The notes below the pieces were generated by a model. That model did no database searches. It had not been told where the DNA came from and worked only from the letters and a program-made list of their open reading frames with translations. From the NCBI RefSeq assembly GCF_008831285.2, contig NC_045138.2:29450001-29514000 (forward strand): a stretch of 64,000 nucleotides of DNA, written 5' to 3'. The number at the start of each line of letters is the position of its first letter. Position 1 is the stretch's first letter. Made by a program: the position numbers and the translations under genes. The stretch is from Nymphaea colorata (lineage: Eukaryota). Shown piece after piece: positions 25,925-39,367 of the stretch.

Positions 25925-26212
25925 CAGTGGCGGCATAGTCACATGTGGACTGGTGTGGGTAGGTGCCGGTTCTTTAAAACTCCTTTATTTTTATAGTGAG
26001 AAATTTAATATTTACTTTCATACATATACAAGTGTCCTTTTAAATATAAATGTTTATAAATAGGTCACTCTCCCTAAGCCAGCTCTTTAAAACTACTTTA
26101 TTTTCACATTGAGAAATTCAATATTTACTTCTATACATATACAAGTGCCCTTCTAGATATAAATGTTTATAAATAAGTGTCGCTCCAATTAATTTTTTTT
26201 GACTCCCCACCA
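25925..26212. mobile_element. hAT-like MITE with internal tandem duplication
   Basis: CAGTGGCGG left end and eroded CCCCACCA right end, with an 8-bp TSD CTTCTCAA at 25917-25924 and 26213-26220. Internal ~110-bp unit duplicated (~25970-26075 / 26083-26185). Confidence 0.6.
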
Positions 26213-28249
26213 CTTCTCAATCTTGTTACCTGTGATTTCACTCTGCTCTATCTCTTATATACTGTTGCACTATAAGATCGTGAATAGCCTATTCGGTACC
26301 ATACGGTCGACACACTAAAAACACAGTTGGTTTTAAACTAACTTTTAAAAAAATTAATTTTTTTGATCATTTTTAAACGATTGGTTTATGTGTTTGAATA
26401 AGAAGATGAAAATATACTTTTTTATAAATAACCTAGGAGTTGTAGGTCATTCACTTCCTTTTAAAAAACAATTTTATCTAAATGACTTCGACAAAACTCC
26501 CTTTTTATCATCTGAACGTGTTTGATGTGTAAAGCAAATTCACTTTTTACCTCGGCTGCTTCCCATCTTGCAATCCGTATTGAACTCATTCGTGAAAAAA
26601 GCTTGTCTGGAATGCTCACGGGTGGAAAGCTTGACAAAACCCGACCATTCATCATTATTATTAAATTTTTTTCATCATTATTATTAAATTATTTTCATGA
26701 TGAAGGTATTCTTTTTTCTAAATGTGTCAGACTATTTCACAATTTGCTTGCCAGCTTTAAAGTCATTTTGGTGATGAGCAGGAAAACTAAAAATTTTATT
26801 TGTGAGGGTCAAATTATAGTTTCAAAATTATAATATGTCAAAATAATATTTTTTTTTAAATTTTAATGGAAAACAACAATCTTTTTGAATTTAACATGTA
26901 AAATAAAAAAGTTAAAGGAGTGGGAGGAGGGTAAAGGTAGGGCCACTGCCGGCTCCTTCCGTGGTCCAATCGCTGGTGATGAGTGAATTAAGCACATTAA
27001 CTTTTAGTTTAATACCTTAAAACAATAAGATTGAGTTTTGATTCTTTGTGGATTTGAGATATGCCTTATTTTGATATCCACTATTCGATTTTAAACGTAT
27101 ATTAACATGTAGCATGAATTTCAAATCAGTGTATTGAGATCTTAAGGTTGTTAAAACACATCTTTTTTGCGTAGTCCGAGGCTATTAAACGCAATCTAAT
27201 TCATGGTGAATCTCTTTCCCAAAAACAAATGGTTTTGTTGATTGGTGACGCCTTGTCACAATTTGTTTTCAATGGATTTTCATTTTGTCAGCGTTCTTTA
27301 ACAAAAAGAAAAGCGTGAAATAGCGTATGAAAAATGCTTGGAGCAAAACAGAAAACTTAAAAAATCAATTTCGATCCAGGTGGATGACCGTGTGCGGCAC
27401 CCTCAAGAGAGAAAGGTTTGATCATGCAATATGGCTTTTAAGTTGGCAGATTATGGGAAGCACCACTGTTTGCTTGATAGTTAATCTCGAGGTAGAAGTG
27501 AATCAAGTTGACATGGACTCTTCTACCACTTTTTGCGTGAGGAAGCACCACCATTAAAAAAAAAAATGCAGACACAGCGGCACAAGCCCAAGATGCATTT
27601 CCACAATAGTTGATCTTTATAAACATGAGCTGCTCTTGGAAATAATTCTGATCGAGATCCTTTTTTTGTCAAAGCAGGGAAGTTAAAGAGAGAGAGAGAG
27701 AGATTTGCACCCATGGATAGTTTGAAACAATGTACTCTTAAGGGTGACATAAAAACTCTGCAAGACCTAGTAAACGAAGATGGACAAATTTTAGACAGAG
27801 TTCTGGAGGACTGGGAGGAAACCCCTCTCCACATAGCAGCCAGGATGGGACATGTTGAATTTGCAAGGTTGGTGCTGCAGCTAAAGCCGGAATTTTCTGC
27901 AGTCAAAGACCAGAACGGGCTCTACCCGCTGCACGTGGCCTCTGCACACGGCGATGCAGAGATTGCTAGAGAGATCCTCCGGAAAGTTGGAGAGAACCGC
28001 ATGACAATGGATGTCAACAGCCTATGCCTTCTCAAAGACAAAGATGGCAAAAATCCTCTACATATAGCAGCTCTCAGGGGCTCGAGAGAAGTGGCGGAGG
28101 TGATCCTAGCCGCCAACCCCAGCTGCCTGCAGGATGTGACTACCCAAGAAGAGACGGTCTTGCACTTGACTGTCTGCAATAATAGGGTGGAACTGCTGAA
28201 GTACTTCTTGGGTAAGAAAGATATAAGAAGCCTTGTTAACCGAAAGGAC

Positions 28250-28576
28250 TGTCACGCAAATTGGAGGAGATCAAGGGAGGAGATCAAGAACCGTTGAGGA
28301 GAACGTTGGAATTGAGGAGAACGTTGAAATTATATAAGGAAATAATATTTTAAGAAAGACCCAAATCTGCCTTCATCTTCTTTGTACCGTTGCCTCAACG
28401 AGTGACTATGGAACGCTTCCTATTATATTGTAATCTCATATAAAGAGCAAGTGTACCTTGAACAAAAACGATATAATGAAAAACAGAGCTCCTCCTTCTT
28501 CTACGGTGGATGTAGGCATCTAAGCCGAACCACGTAAATTCTGTTGTGATCTTTTTCTCTTTGGCTCAACTTATTA
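28250..28576 (+). repeat. 5' LTR (327 bp)
   Basis: Differs from the 3' LTR by a 13-bp duplication and 3 substitutions (by eye). Confidence 0.93.
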
Positions 28577-28623
28577 TGGTATCAGAGCATTATTCGTGAT
28601 CTTGGCATCCAGTCGTCTCCACC

Positions 28624-31600
28624 ATGGCCGAATCACAAATCAATAGGGATCAAGGCAGCAATTCAAGTGATGGTATAAGGAAGTCTACGGCTGATCAAAA
28701 TAACACCTTGAAGATCACAACAATGCTTCTAAATGGATCAAATTATCTAGGATGGGCGAAAGCAGCAATACTCTTTCTTAGTGGGCGATCAAAATTTGGC
28801 TACGTTACTGGTTGATCCAAAATTTGATGAATGGCAATCTGAAAATGATTTAGTCATGTCTTGGTTAATAAATTTCATGGAGCCTAGTGTTTCAAATATG
28901 CTTGTTTATCATGAAACGGCTAAGGATATATGAGATACTTTAAAGGAAGTATATGGGGAACAAAACAGTTTGGCTAGAGTTTATCAAATTCAATTAGAAC
29001 TTGCTCATCTCTCAATGGGAGACAAGTCGATACAATCTTATCTCAGCCAATACCGTAGTCTATGGGAGGAACTAATGCAATATCGCCCTGCTACAACTGA
29101 CCCAAATGTTTATAGACAACATTTGGAAGAAGATAAAATTTTTCGTTTCCTTGGTGGACTCGGAATAGAGTTTGAGAGTGTTAGAAGTCAAATACTCATG
29201 ACAAATCCATTGCCAAATTTTAATCAAGTTTGTCAAAGCATACAAAGAGAGGTTGCTCGCCGGAAAGTTATGAATCCGGAAAAGAAAAGTGAGGCTGCTG
29301 AAGATACTAGTGAAAAACTAGCGTATCAAACTCGTTCAGAACCACGGCCCAACAATTTCAGATCTGATATCAAAGGCGGTGAAAATGTGACCATCATGCA
29401 TAAAGGAAGAAATCGGTTAAAATGTTCATACTGCAAAAAGACTGGACACATTAGAGAAATGTGTTGGGAGCTAAATGGAAAGCCATCTTCAAAAGAGAAG
29501 TCACTTTCATCCAACAGCCCCAACACAGCCAACTTCATCACCCGTGAAGAGTTAGAAAAATTTTTCCAGCATTTTTCTAAGACAAATCTGGTTTCTACTC
29601 AGCCTATTGGAAATTCGTCTGAAGGTACGCACCATGCCTTCATTACTCATTCAAAAAATCTTGGATGGATCATTGATTCCGGGGCCACCGATCACATGAC
29701 CGGTGACCCCTCTAAAATAGTTAATTTAACTCTTGAAAAAAATCGGCATGTATTCACGGCCGATGGCACACCCATTCCTATAGAAGGCATTGGGGAATCT
29801 TGTTTCTTAAAATCAAATAAAAGTTCTTGTGTGCTTTATATTCCTAAACTTTCTGCCAATCTTATATCTATAAGTAAGATAACTAAAGATTATGACTGCT
29901 TAGCTATTTTCTCTCCAAAGAATGTGATTTTTCAGGACAAGAAGTCGAGGAAGGAGATTGGTAGAGGGTATGAGCACAACGGTCTATATGTCTTAGACAA
30001 CATTGAGGTTGGTCTTCTTGCTCGTGCGGAAAAGATATCTGATTACAAATTGTGGCACTCTTGGCTTGGTCATATTTCAGATAGGTCGCTGAAAATTCTT
30101 GTTCCTAACGTCAAACCTGATGGGCATTCTTGTGATGCATGTGAATTCTCAAAATCGACTAGATTACCTTTTCAAAACCCTGGAAAAAGGTTTGTAGAAA
30201 ACTTTGATTTAATTCATTCTGATGTTTGGGGCCCAGCCCCAGTTGAGTCTCATTCTAGATATAGATACTATGTTTCTTTTATTGATGATAAAACTCGCAT
30301 GACTTGGCTTTATTTTCTAAAAAATAAGAGTGATGTTGCTAAAACTTTTGAGGAATATTATGAGCTTGTATACACGCAATATGAGACCAAAATAAAAAAA
30401 TTACGGTCGGACAATGGAGGTGAATATGTCAATAAAATTCTTGATGATTTCATGAAAAAGAAAGGCATATGTCCCCAACTCACTTGTGCCGGTACTCCCC
30501 AACAAAATGGGGTTGCCGAACGCAAGAACCGACAATTGCTTAGTATTGCTAGGTCCCTTATGATGAACATGAATGTTCCCATCCGTTTTTGGTCTGAAGC
30601 AATAGGAACTGCTTGCTATATAGCAAATAGAATACCTAATTCGAGCATTAACGGTCAAATTCCAATTCAATTACTTCTAAACAAATCAGTTTCTATTAAT
30701 CATTTTAAAGTTTTTGGATGCAAATGTTTTGTTCATATTCAAGAAAAATTTAAGAATAAATTAGAAAAAAGAGCTATGAAATGCATTTTTCTTGGATATG
30801 CAAGTAAAAAGAAAGGGTTCAAATGTTATGAACCTCATTTAAAAAAATTCTTTGTGACTCGTGACGTAAAGTTTTTTGAGCAAGAACTGTTTTATGAGAA
30901 TGACGTTCAGGGGGAGACAAAAACATAAACAACTTGTTGACATTAGTCTCCCACAACCTTTGGTAAGCATAAGTAAGTATTCCAATGCAAATCAACTTCT
31001 TGGGAACCAAAATCAAAGTGACGACAATCAACATCCTCAGTCTAATGAAGCTGATCGTACTATTGTTCCTCAAGACAATGAAATATCTCCAAGGCCAACC
31101 CAAAAAGCCGTGACTGAGCAACTATTACGGAGATCGTCTAGATCCACCAAACCACCAACCAGGCTAAGTGATTTCTATACATACTTATCTTTTGACAAAA
31201 TTCATTCCATTGATGATTATCTGACTTTTGAAAATTTGTCAAAATCATATCGAGATTATGTATTGAATACTTACCACCATGAAGAGCCTAAGAATTTCTT
31301 GCAGGCAAACAAGGACCCAAGATGAAGAGACGCCATGAAAGAAGAACTAAAAGCACTATAAAGAAACCACACTTGGGAAATGGTGCCTCTACTAGAAGGA
31401 AAAAAGGTTGTTGGGTGCAAGTGGGTGTACAAAATAAAATATAGGAGTGATGGATCTGTCGAGAGGTTCAAGGCAAGGTTGGTTGCAAAAGGATATACTC
31501 AAACCGAAGGGATCGATTATAATGAAACATTTGCTCCAGTTGCAAAAATGAGCTCTCTCAGAATACTACTATCAGTAGCTTCAAACAAAAGGTGGGAACT

Positions 31601-32812
31601 TATGCAGTTGGATGTAAAAAATGCATTCTTGCATGGTGACTTAAATGAAGAAGTCTTCATGGAAACTCCAGAAGGCATCAAAAGTGAAAAGGGATATGTG
31701 TGTAAACTGAAGAAGGCCCTATATGGTTTAAAACAATCTCCCCGGACATGGTTCTCTTGACTCAGGCTCTTGTGAAAATTGGTTTTTCCAAAAGCACGTC
31801 TGACTATACCATGTTTATCTACAATCGTGCTTCTAAGGTCACCATATTGCTGGTTTATGTAGATGATATTATAATAACAGGAGACGACATTCAAAACATG
31901 ACACGAGTAAAAGAGTATCTCAATAAAGAATTTGAGATAAAAGACCTAGGAAGATGGAGATACTTTCTTGGCATTGAAGTGGCACAATCGGATAAAGGAG
32001 TGTTTATTTGTCAAAGAAAATACACTCTAGATCTCTTCAAAGAAACTGGTTACTTGGGGACTAAGTGTGCTGATACTCCCATGAAAATCAATTGCAAGCT
32101 AAGAAATGAAGAAGGGGAACCAGTTGAAAATGTTCAAAGTTTTCAAAGACTTATTGGAAAGCTTATCTATCTTACTGTGACTAGATCAGACATCACATAC
32201 GCAGCCAATCTTGTGAGTCAGTTCATGCATAAGCCTATGTCAACTCATGTAGAAGCTGCACATCGAATTCTAAAATGTTTGAAGGGGACTCTGGGGAGAG
32301 GAATCTTAATGAGAAGAAACGATTGTCTCAATGTCATTGGATATACAGATGCTGATTGGGTAGGAAATCCAAACGATAGAAGATCAACTTCAGGATATTG
32401 TACTTTTGTGGGTGGAAATCTAGTATCATGGAAAAGCAAAAAAAAATCTGTAGTAGCTCGATCAAGTGCAGAAGCAGAATATAGAGCCATGGCTACCTGC
32501 ACATGCGAGTTGATATGGACTAGAGCCTTATTAAAGGACATGAACATTGAACATAAAGAACCGATGAAATTAATGTGTGACAATATGGCGGCAATTCATA
32601 TCAGTGCTAATCCCGTCTTTCATGAAAGGACAAAACACATAGAAGTGGATTGCCACTTTGTTAGAGAAAAAATCCATAGTGGAATTATTGAAACACCTCA
32701 TGTCAGAAGCGAACATCAGTTGGCTGATATTTTCACAAAAGCTCTCAGCAAAGAAAGACATCACACTATTGCAAACAAGTTGGGACATATTGATATATGT
32801 GCACCAACTTGA
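28624..32812 (+). pseudogene. Copia gag-pol broken by several stops and frameshifts
   Basis: [80 protein letters not shown], spread over 5+ ORF pieces. Confidence 0.92.
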
Positions 32813-32821
32813 GGGGGATAC

Positions 32822-33135
32822 TGTCACGCAAATTGGAGGAGATCAAGAACCGTTGAGGAGAACGTTGGAATTGAGGAGAACGTTGGAATTATATAAGGAA
32901 ATAATATTTTAAGAAAGACCCAAATCTGCCTTCCTCTTCTTTGTACCGTTGCCTCAACGAGTGACTATGGAACGCTTCCTATTATATTGTAATCTCATAT
33001 AAAGAGCAAGTGTACCTTGAACAAAAACGATATAATGAAAAACAGAGCTCCTCCTTCTTCTACCGTGGATGTAGGCATCTAAGCCGAACCACGTAAATTC
33101 TGTTGTGATCTTTTTCTCTTTGGCTCAACTTATTA
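32822..33135 (+). repeat. 3' LTR (314 bp)
   Basis: TGTCACG...CTTATTA followed by the TSD AGGAC. Confidence 0.93.
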
Positions 33136-35432
33136 AGGACCTCAATGATAAGAGTGTCTTTAATTTGGCATCAGACTCCAACAACTTCGAGGTAACAACT
33201 CCCACCCACTTAATTTAGTTCAGGCTGAGTTTGGTTGGTTTGATTGAGGGGCCAAGGGCTTTGAGCTAGGTTTGACACAGTTGGACTGGCTCTAAGTCAA
33301 GTCCAGATAATTCTCTAAGATCCCGTGGCCTCTCCACTGAAATTCATGATTTTCATAAGTCTAACTATGGAACATGACTTGAATATCTAGAAGATATCGA
33401 CTGAAAAATACAAAATCAAAAATTTTCGGATGTGAATAGAAGGGACGACCATGGTGACACCATTTTTGGGTTTGCCATCAATCGGTAACAATTCTGAGGC
33501 AACAAGTTGAGTAACTCTAACTTAAGAGTTGGGCTCGATCGAGCTCATACTTTGAGCGTGGAATATGAAATGATCATTCAAGCTCAAGCTGCTAACTGGC
33601 GCTCCGTCGTCTGTTTTTGTCTATGCTGATAAAAAAACCTCACAGAAGGCAGAAGCAAATAATCCAACAGGTGCACTCTATCCACTTGACTCTGCGATTG
33701 GACTTAAAAAGATTCAAACTTGGGGAACTCGACTACAGTCACTTAAAAGAGGGGGTCTGAACTAGGCAGACCACCAAATATTTGATAAGTTGAGCACTGA
33801 TCAGTCCAATTTGGTACTAACTGGTCGGGTTGGCCATGATCAATTTGCTAGCTAGCTCAGATATTTAGGGTTAGTTTCTCCCCGAAGGGGTCTTAAAATG
33901 AGCAGAACCAAGCACTTTCCAGTTGCATTTAGGCCTGTGTGGTGGCATACAATAACCGTCGGAGTCGGTTCTGATAAGGACTAAAATTAAGGATTCATAC
34001 TGGTTCTTGGGTTTAATATATGTGGATGAATGGCCTAATTTGGACTAGATCTACCACAATTTTTTTTTATCAAATTTCACTTAAGCAGTTCTCAAATTGT
34101 ACATATGAGACTCTATGTTGAATGCTTAGTAAAAGGTCATGTACATGTTTATACAGGTAAAGGAAGCTGTTCGTTCGATTGAACATCTGCGGCAGGCTGG
34201 AAGCGCTGTGGATACGGAGGCCCAAAATCCTCCAGCTGTGCCATCTAGTGAAGGAGTAACCGATCGTTCCGCAGGGAACCATTCGAAGAAGCCTTTTTGG
34301 AGAAGAGCAAAACATTGTTGTTGGGGAACAAAATGAAATTAGGATGAGTGAGACGAGAGGCGCCATGATGGTCGTTAGTGTACCGATAGCTACTCCGCCC
34401 TTTAATATTTACTCGTATGTGGACGAAGATGCATATTACTAGAGCGCAGGCACTGCAGTTGTGTTTGTGATAGCTTACGCAGTGGGATTGTTTGCATCGT
34501 TGATCATCATAACCATTAGAAGGCAATTCATGATTTGGGTGTTGATGGTCATTATGTGGGTCTCCGTCTCCTACGTTGCGATTAGTTTCTCATTCGGATT
34601 GCATATCATAATGAGAGAGACAAACTTAAAATATGTAAGTGTGTCTTTGTTTTCCTGCATGGGGTTGTTTGCTTTGTTGCTCATATTGCACAAAGTGATT
34701 TGCTTGAGAATAACATGTGTGTATGCTGTCTAAATATGAGTGTAGCTAGGTTGTTCAACTGAGCGCTTAGCAAGATATATGTACTGCTCGTTCTTGTGCT
34801 CAAAATACAATATTATTGATGTGTTACCTATAAATCGGAAATGTTTGTACATAAAGAGTACACATGCCTAAAATAGAGAATATGTTAGATGCTTGCTCAA
34901 GGCGGACCATGGAGTACTTTCGAGACATTAAATGGTTGGCACCTTCACAAGCCTCTGAGAAGCCACCACATAGGCATCTGAATAGCAATTTTGTCTTTTT
35001 CCTAAAAAGATGACAGTTTTTTTTTTAAAAGGGTATTTTCTCGCTTTACCTATAGGAGGTTGCTAATTTTTGTTATCAAAGGCATTCTCATCATTTTAGC
35101 AAGAGGTTATTTTGTCATTAGTTCAGTTACCATGCTATAAATGATTAGGATTGATCATGTAATTCCTTCGAGGCTTTTGGTAATAGGAATGCAGCATTAC
35201 TTGAACCACGTGCAGTATGGTATAAATACTGAAGTTCGTTTTGTAAAAGCGGACAAACAGAACAGAACAGAACATAAGGCACATTCGACCTTCTGCACCT
35301 TCTCCATCTCTCTCTGTTTTCTGCTTAGTTTTCTTCGTTCTCTGCTAATTCTTGTGCTCCGTTCGACATATTTGGCTCTTTAATTCATAGTATCATGCTT
35401 CAAATTAGGCTAGGAAGAAAGAAGTGAGATAT

Positions 35433-35479
<47 letters not shown>

Positions 35480-35482
<3 letters not shown>

Positions 35483-35800
35483 AAAACAGAATTGTTGTTC
35501 TTAAGAACTTGTGCATGCAGAAAGGTTATGGACTCTAAGCCTATAAAAGGCACAGGTCTGCAACAAAACTATCCTAATTACGGCCATCCTCTGATCCTCA
35601 GGTTCGGGGGCACTTATTGGAAAATAACTATACATACCAACCCACCACAAGTACTACTCTTTGGGGAACAACTATATATGAACTATATTTCAGATTTATA
35701 GTAGTAGAAAAAAACCATGGAAACCAAAAGTGTGAATTAGAGTCCGTAACTACATATGTGATTGTGCATTCAACAATGACATATAATAAGCGGTCACAAT
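35480..35800 (+). repeat. Block duplicated at ~41540-41860; the adjacent 35820-35945 is duplicated at 55510-55635
   Basis: Shared AAGGTTATGG.CTCTAAGCCTATAAAAG, GAACTATATTTCAGATTTATA and GTGAATGTCGAAAATCTCA. Confidence 0.8.
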
Positions 35801-36479
35801 AAATATATTTCAAAAGGAGTATTCGATAATTGTTTGTAGGTTGATTGTTTTTGTGAATGTCGAAAATCTCATGGAAGAACTACAACATTTGGAATTGCTC
35901 ATTGTGCATTTTATGAGAGAAAAAAATAAAATTAAATTAATTTTACCACCTAAAGTGCATCATTCTGCCTAAATAACCAAAATTTAATGGTTCAATGTTT
36001 ATCTTTAGACACCTATCTGTAGTTTAATGCCTCAAGCTTTTCGGAAGAAGAGAGAGATGAAATCCTAAGCTGGAAGGATCCAAGGGGATATGAATCTGGA
36101 TCTTGGTGGAAGAGGGGTTTGGTTGAGGGGATCCGCATAGGATATGGATTTGAGGTCAACTCTTCAACTTCCTCAATATTGATCTGGTCAATTGAAAGCC
36201 TTTTGTGATGCTTGTTTCACTGACCTGGTCAAGATCCATATTTAATTAATTAGTTCTGAGCAGTCAGCAATGCATTTAATGAAGTGTACATCATGTGATC
36301 AATTGGCATACTTATGCATATATTTTTCTAATGACGGGGGCGCGCCAGCGACTGGGGACATCGATTATAAAAATTAAGTGCGTCATGTGTTTTCATTTTG
36401 AATATTCTTACCACCTTTATTTAATCATCCAAAATCAACTCTATCATATTGGGCCGTGTATATATATATATAGTTAACA

Positions 36480-36720
36480 GGAGTTTGAGCTCGATCAACC
36501 CCTCCCCACATCCTCCTCATTCACTTTAACATTCATTGGACTTTTTTAATGCTCGCTTTTAATATTTCAAAGGACAAGGGCATTAGTTTTGTGCTGTTCA
36601 TTTTTAAGGAAAAGATGGGCTCATGATAGCTGGCCTTCATTGTAATGGGATGATGAGACACATGGTTCCACTCCAACAATTCTGTTGATCAAAGCAAATT
36701 TGGCTTGCAGTCACGACTTG
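36480..36720 (+). repeat. Short dispersed repeat (also ~37420-37620, 43670-43780, 45055-45270, 46250-46300)
   Basis: Core AACATTCAT.GGACTTTT occurs in each copy, usually preceded by TCCTCATCATTCAG-like sequence. Confidence 0.75.
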
Positions 36721-38638
36721 TATATGCCATTAATTTATCCGGAATTTTCTTGCGTCAATATAGTCATCACTAAAAGATATTCTTAATAAAGAGAAAGAAA
36801 CAATTTTTCTGTAGGGACAAAAAAAAATGGCCAATATGGTCATCACTAAAGATATTCTTAGTTATGAGAAAAAGACATTTTTTTGTAAGGAAAAAAATTG
36901 AAAAAAATAAAGTTTTAAGATTCAATAAATCTCAAATGAAATGATTGTGTCATTTCCTATATGTAGATTGTTATAACCAGTGTATTTCTCTGAGTTGGCA
37001 TTTTTGTTTTTTTTTTTGTCATGTTCATATTGTTATTTCATACTCATGTCACCATTTCATCTCCATTATTTTATATCTCTGTCATTATATCATATTTATT
37101 ATTTTATATATTTATTATTATCTCATGTCATGTCATTATCTCATATCTTTCTTATTATCTTATGCTACTTTTTGTCATTATGAAAATGAGATAATGACAA
37201 AAATATTAGTATATATTCGTTGTGTATGTGCAATGTTAAAACATTGAAGTAAACGTAATAAGATGTGCGCTGGTTGTGTACAGTGGCGTAGCGTACATAA
37301 GTTGATCTACCTTTGAATTATAAATACTCTTCAATGCCAATATCTCAAAAGAGAAACACATGGTTTTGTTTAAGTTGGGAGAGATTAGAGATAAGACCCA
37401 AGAAATGGAAGGAGGAGTCTGAGCTCGATCGTTTCCCATCCCCACCCCCGAATCCTCATCATTCAGCTTAACATTCATTGGACTTTTCTAATCACCTCGT
37501 TTAATATTCCAAAGGACGATCGCATTACTTTTGTGTTGCTCATCTTAAAGGAAAAGATGGAAATATGATAGCTGGATTTGATTGGGATGGGACACATGGT
37601 TCCACTCTCATGATCAAAGTTCAACTTAGGCGTGTGGTCCCCTTCTTTGACTGAGTCTAAAGAGGTCGGAAGACTCTCCCTTGTTCTTGTTTATGGAGTT
37701 GAGTTATGTGGGTATCAACCAGTGCCTTGCTCTATGTTCCTTGAATTGTCTCCTTTTGTTCATAAATGCTTTACTTTCAACCGTAACGCTAACGACGGGT
37801 GACATGTGCAGCGAATTTTCTTTTGCGTAGTCATCACTAAAGATGTTCTTGGTTAAGAGGTCTTCCTTCCAGTCGTAACGTTGACGTCGGTTGACTGAAA
37901 TTTTTTCAGCGTCATACGAAATATGTTCTTGGTTAAGAGAAAAACGTGTCGTCCTGTTTCTTGTTTCTTGAGTCATGATGTTATTGGTTAGGAGAAAAAC
38001 GTGTAGCCTTGTTCAACGCGTGGTTGTGTTCAGTGGTGGAAATCTTGCGTTTCCTGTTTTATAAGAGCTGGAACGGGTTATGTGCACCGAGAGAGAAAGA
38101 GCTGAGCCGGTCAGACTGGCTTGCTTGGAACTGCCGACGGCAGCCACACTATCTGGGAGCAGTTGACACAAATTCGGAGGTAACTCTCTCCTCTTTAGTT
38201 GGCAGCTGGTTTGGTTGAAGAATAGTTGATTACGGTTGAATGGTAACGTCAAAGAGTATTCCATACTCAACTGCTTTGATCTATATCCACATTGCTGGGG
38301 CAACTCTAAGTCAAGACTGTAAGCGGGTACTGTTTCCAAGTTTTTTAGTCGGTTTTGAAAATGTGGTCTCTTTGTTTAGGACCTTAGGTGGCACATATAA
38401 AACCTCGTTTTTCATAAATAACCAAAAGAGAGGTAAAGTTTATCACTCCCTTTTATAAAACCAGGATTTCTCAAACTCAAAATTTCCTCAAATGTCCTAT
38501 TTTGGTGGCACTCAACCTCCCTGACAGTCTGGTATCAAATCCAGGTTTTGGGTTTTGCCTCCAACCGTCCATTTTATCGATTATGATAAAGGATGAAAAT
38601 TATGGATCGATAAGGATTCTTTCGTTTAGTGTATATAT

Positions 38639-39367
38639 ATGTATGACATAAATGGCCTAACTTGGGTTGAATCCACTGGCGCAGCCAAGTGTAGGCAGTC
38701 GGACCTAAACCTGCTGGAAGCCGGCCGTAGTTCCTCCAGTGGTGTTGCACCTGTTGACAGTCGAAGAAGGTCAATGGATGTGGAGGCCCAACATCCTGCT
38801 GTGCCAGTGCCACCACGTGAAGGACTAGAAGCTCAAATGAGGCTGAGCGAGAAGAGAGGAGCGATGATGATTGTGAGCGTGCTGATAGCAACGCTGACTT
38901 ACCAGGCCACCCTCAACCCTCCTGGTGGCTTCTGGCAGGATGACAAGCTGCGGAACGCATCCAATACCACCTTATCAGTACAACCCTTTGCAGATGACCA
39001 CTTCGCAGGCATAGCAATCAATGCTCGATACGAAGGCTCCTACAACAACTTTGTGAAATGTAATGCGGTGGGATTATTTGCATCGCTGGCCACCATCTTG
39101 CTGTTGACAAGCGCCACAACCATTGAGCGGCCGATCATGATCTGGGGGTTGATGCTTGTAATGTGGGTCTCCGTCTTCTCCGTTGCATTTAGCTTCGTCT
39201 TCGGAGTACGCTTGATCGCGGCTGGAACGATGACAAAAACTCTAGCAGTGCTTTTGTTATCCTTTATCTCGCTCCTTGGCATACTGCTTGTAGTGCACAC
39301 ATCGATAGGCGTGAGGGAGCTTCGAAGCTGGCTAAAGAATAAAATGTCATGCCGTGGAGCTGCTTAA
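38639..39367 (+). CDS. ANK-PGG copy D: stand-alone PGG-domain membrane protein ORF (242 aa), no ankyrin exon
   Basis: RLSEKRGAMMIVSVLIATLTYQATLNPPGGFWQDD plus 3 further hydrophobic segments, uninterrupted. The first ~20 codons derive from sequence that is intronic in copy E. Confidence 0.7.
   Translation: MYDINGLTWVESTGAAKCRQSDLNLLEAGRSSSSGVAPVDSRRRSMDVEAQHPAVPVPPREGLEAQMRLSEKRGAMMIVSVLIATLTYQATLNPPGGFWQDDKLRNASNTTLSVQPFADDHFAGIAINARYEGSYNNFVKCNAVGLFASLATILLLTSATTIERPIMIWGLMLVMWVSVFSVAFSFVFGVRLIAAGTMTKTLAVLLLSFISLLGILLVVHTSIGVRELRSWLKNKMSCRGAA

Larger units (their letters stand above)
28250..33135 (+). mobile_element. Ty1/copia LTR retrotransposon (Ale/RE1-like), full length, defective
   Basis: LTRs 28250-28576 and 32822-33135. 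TSD AGGAC at 28245-28249 and 33136-33140. PBS TGGTATCAGAGC at 28577-28588. PPT GAGGGGGA at 32811-32818. Confidence 0.95.
27713..34710 (+). pseudogene. ANK-PGG copy C, interrupted by a copia insertion; exon 2 degenerate
   Basis: Exon 1 27713-28249 has ankyrin repeats (TPLHIAARMGH, YPLHVASAHG, NPLHIAALRG, TVLHL) and resumes at 33141-33191 (LNDKSVFNLASDSNNFE|GT). Exon 2 starts at AG 34155-34156, has a stop at 34334 and has lost the PGG motif. Confidence 0.9.

Noticed and set aside
28244..28260. RKDCH in copy C looks like paralog KRDCHG, suggesting the gene continues into 28250+
   Set aside because: TGTCACGC also begins the 3' LTR right after the PPT, and the TSD fixes the boundary at 28250. The resemblance is coincidental.
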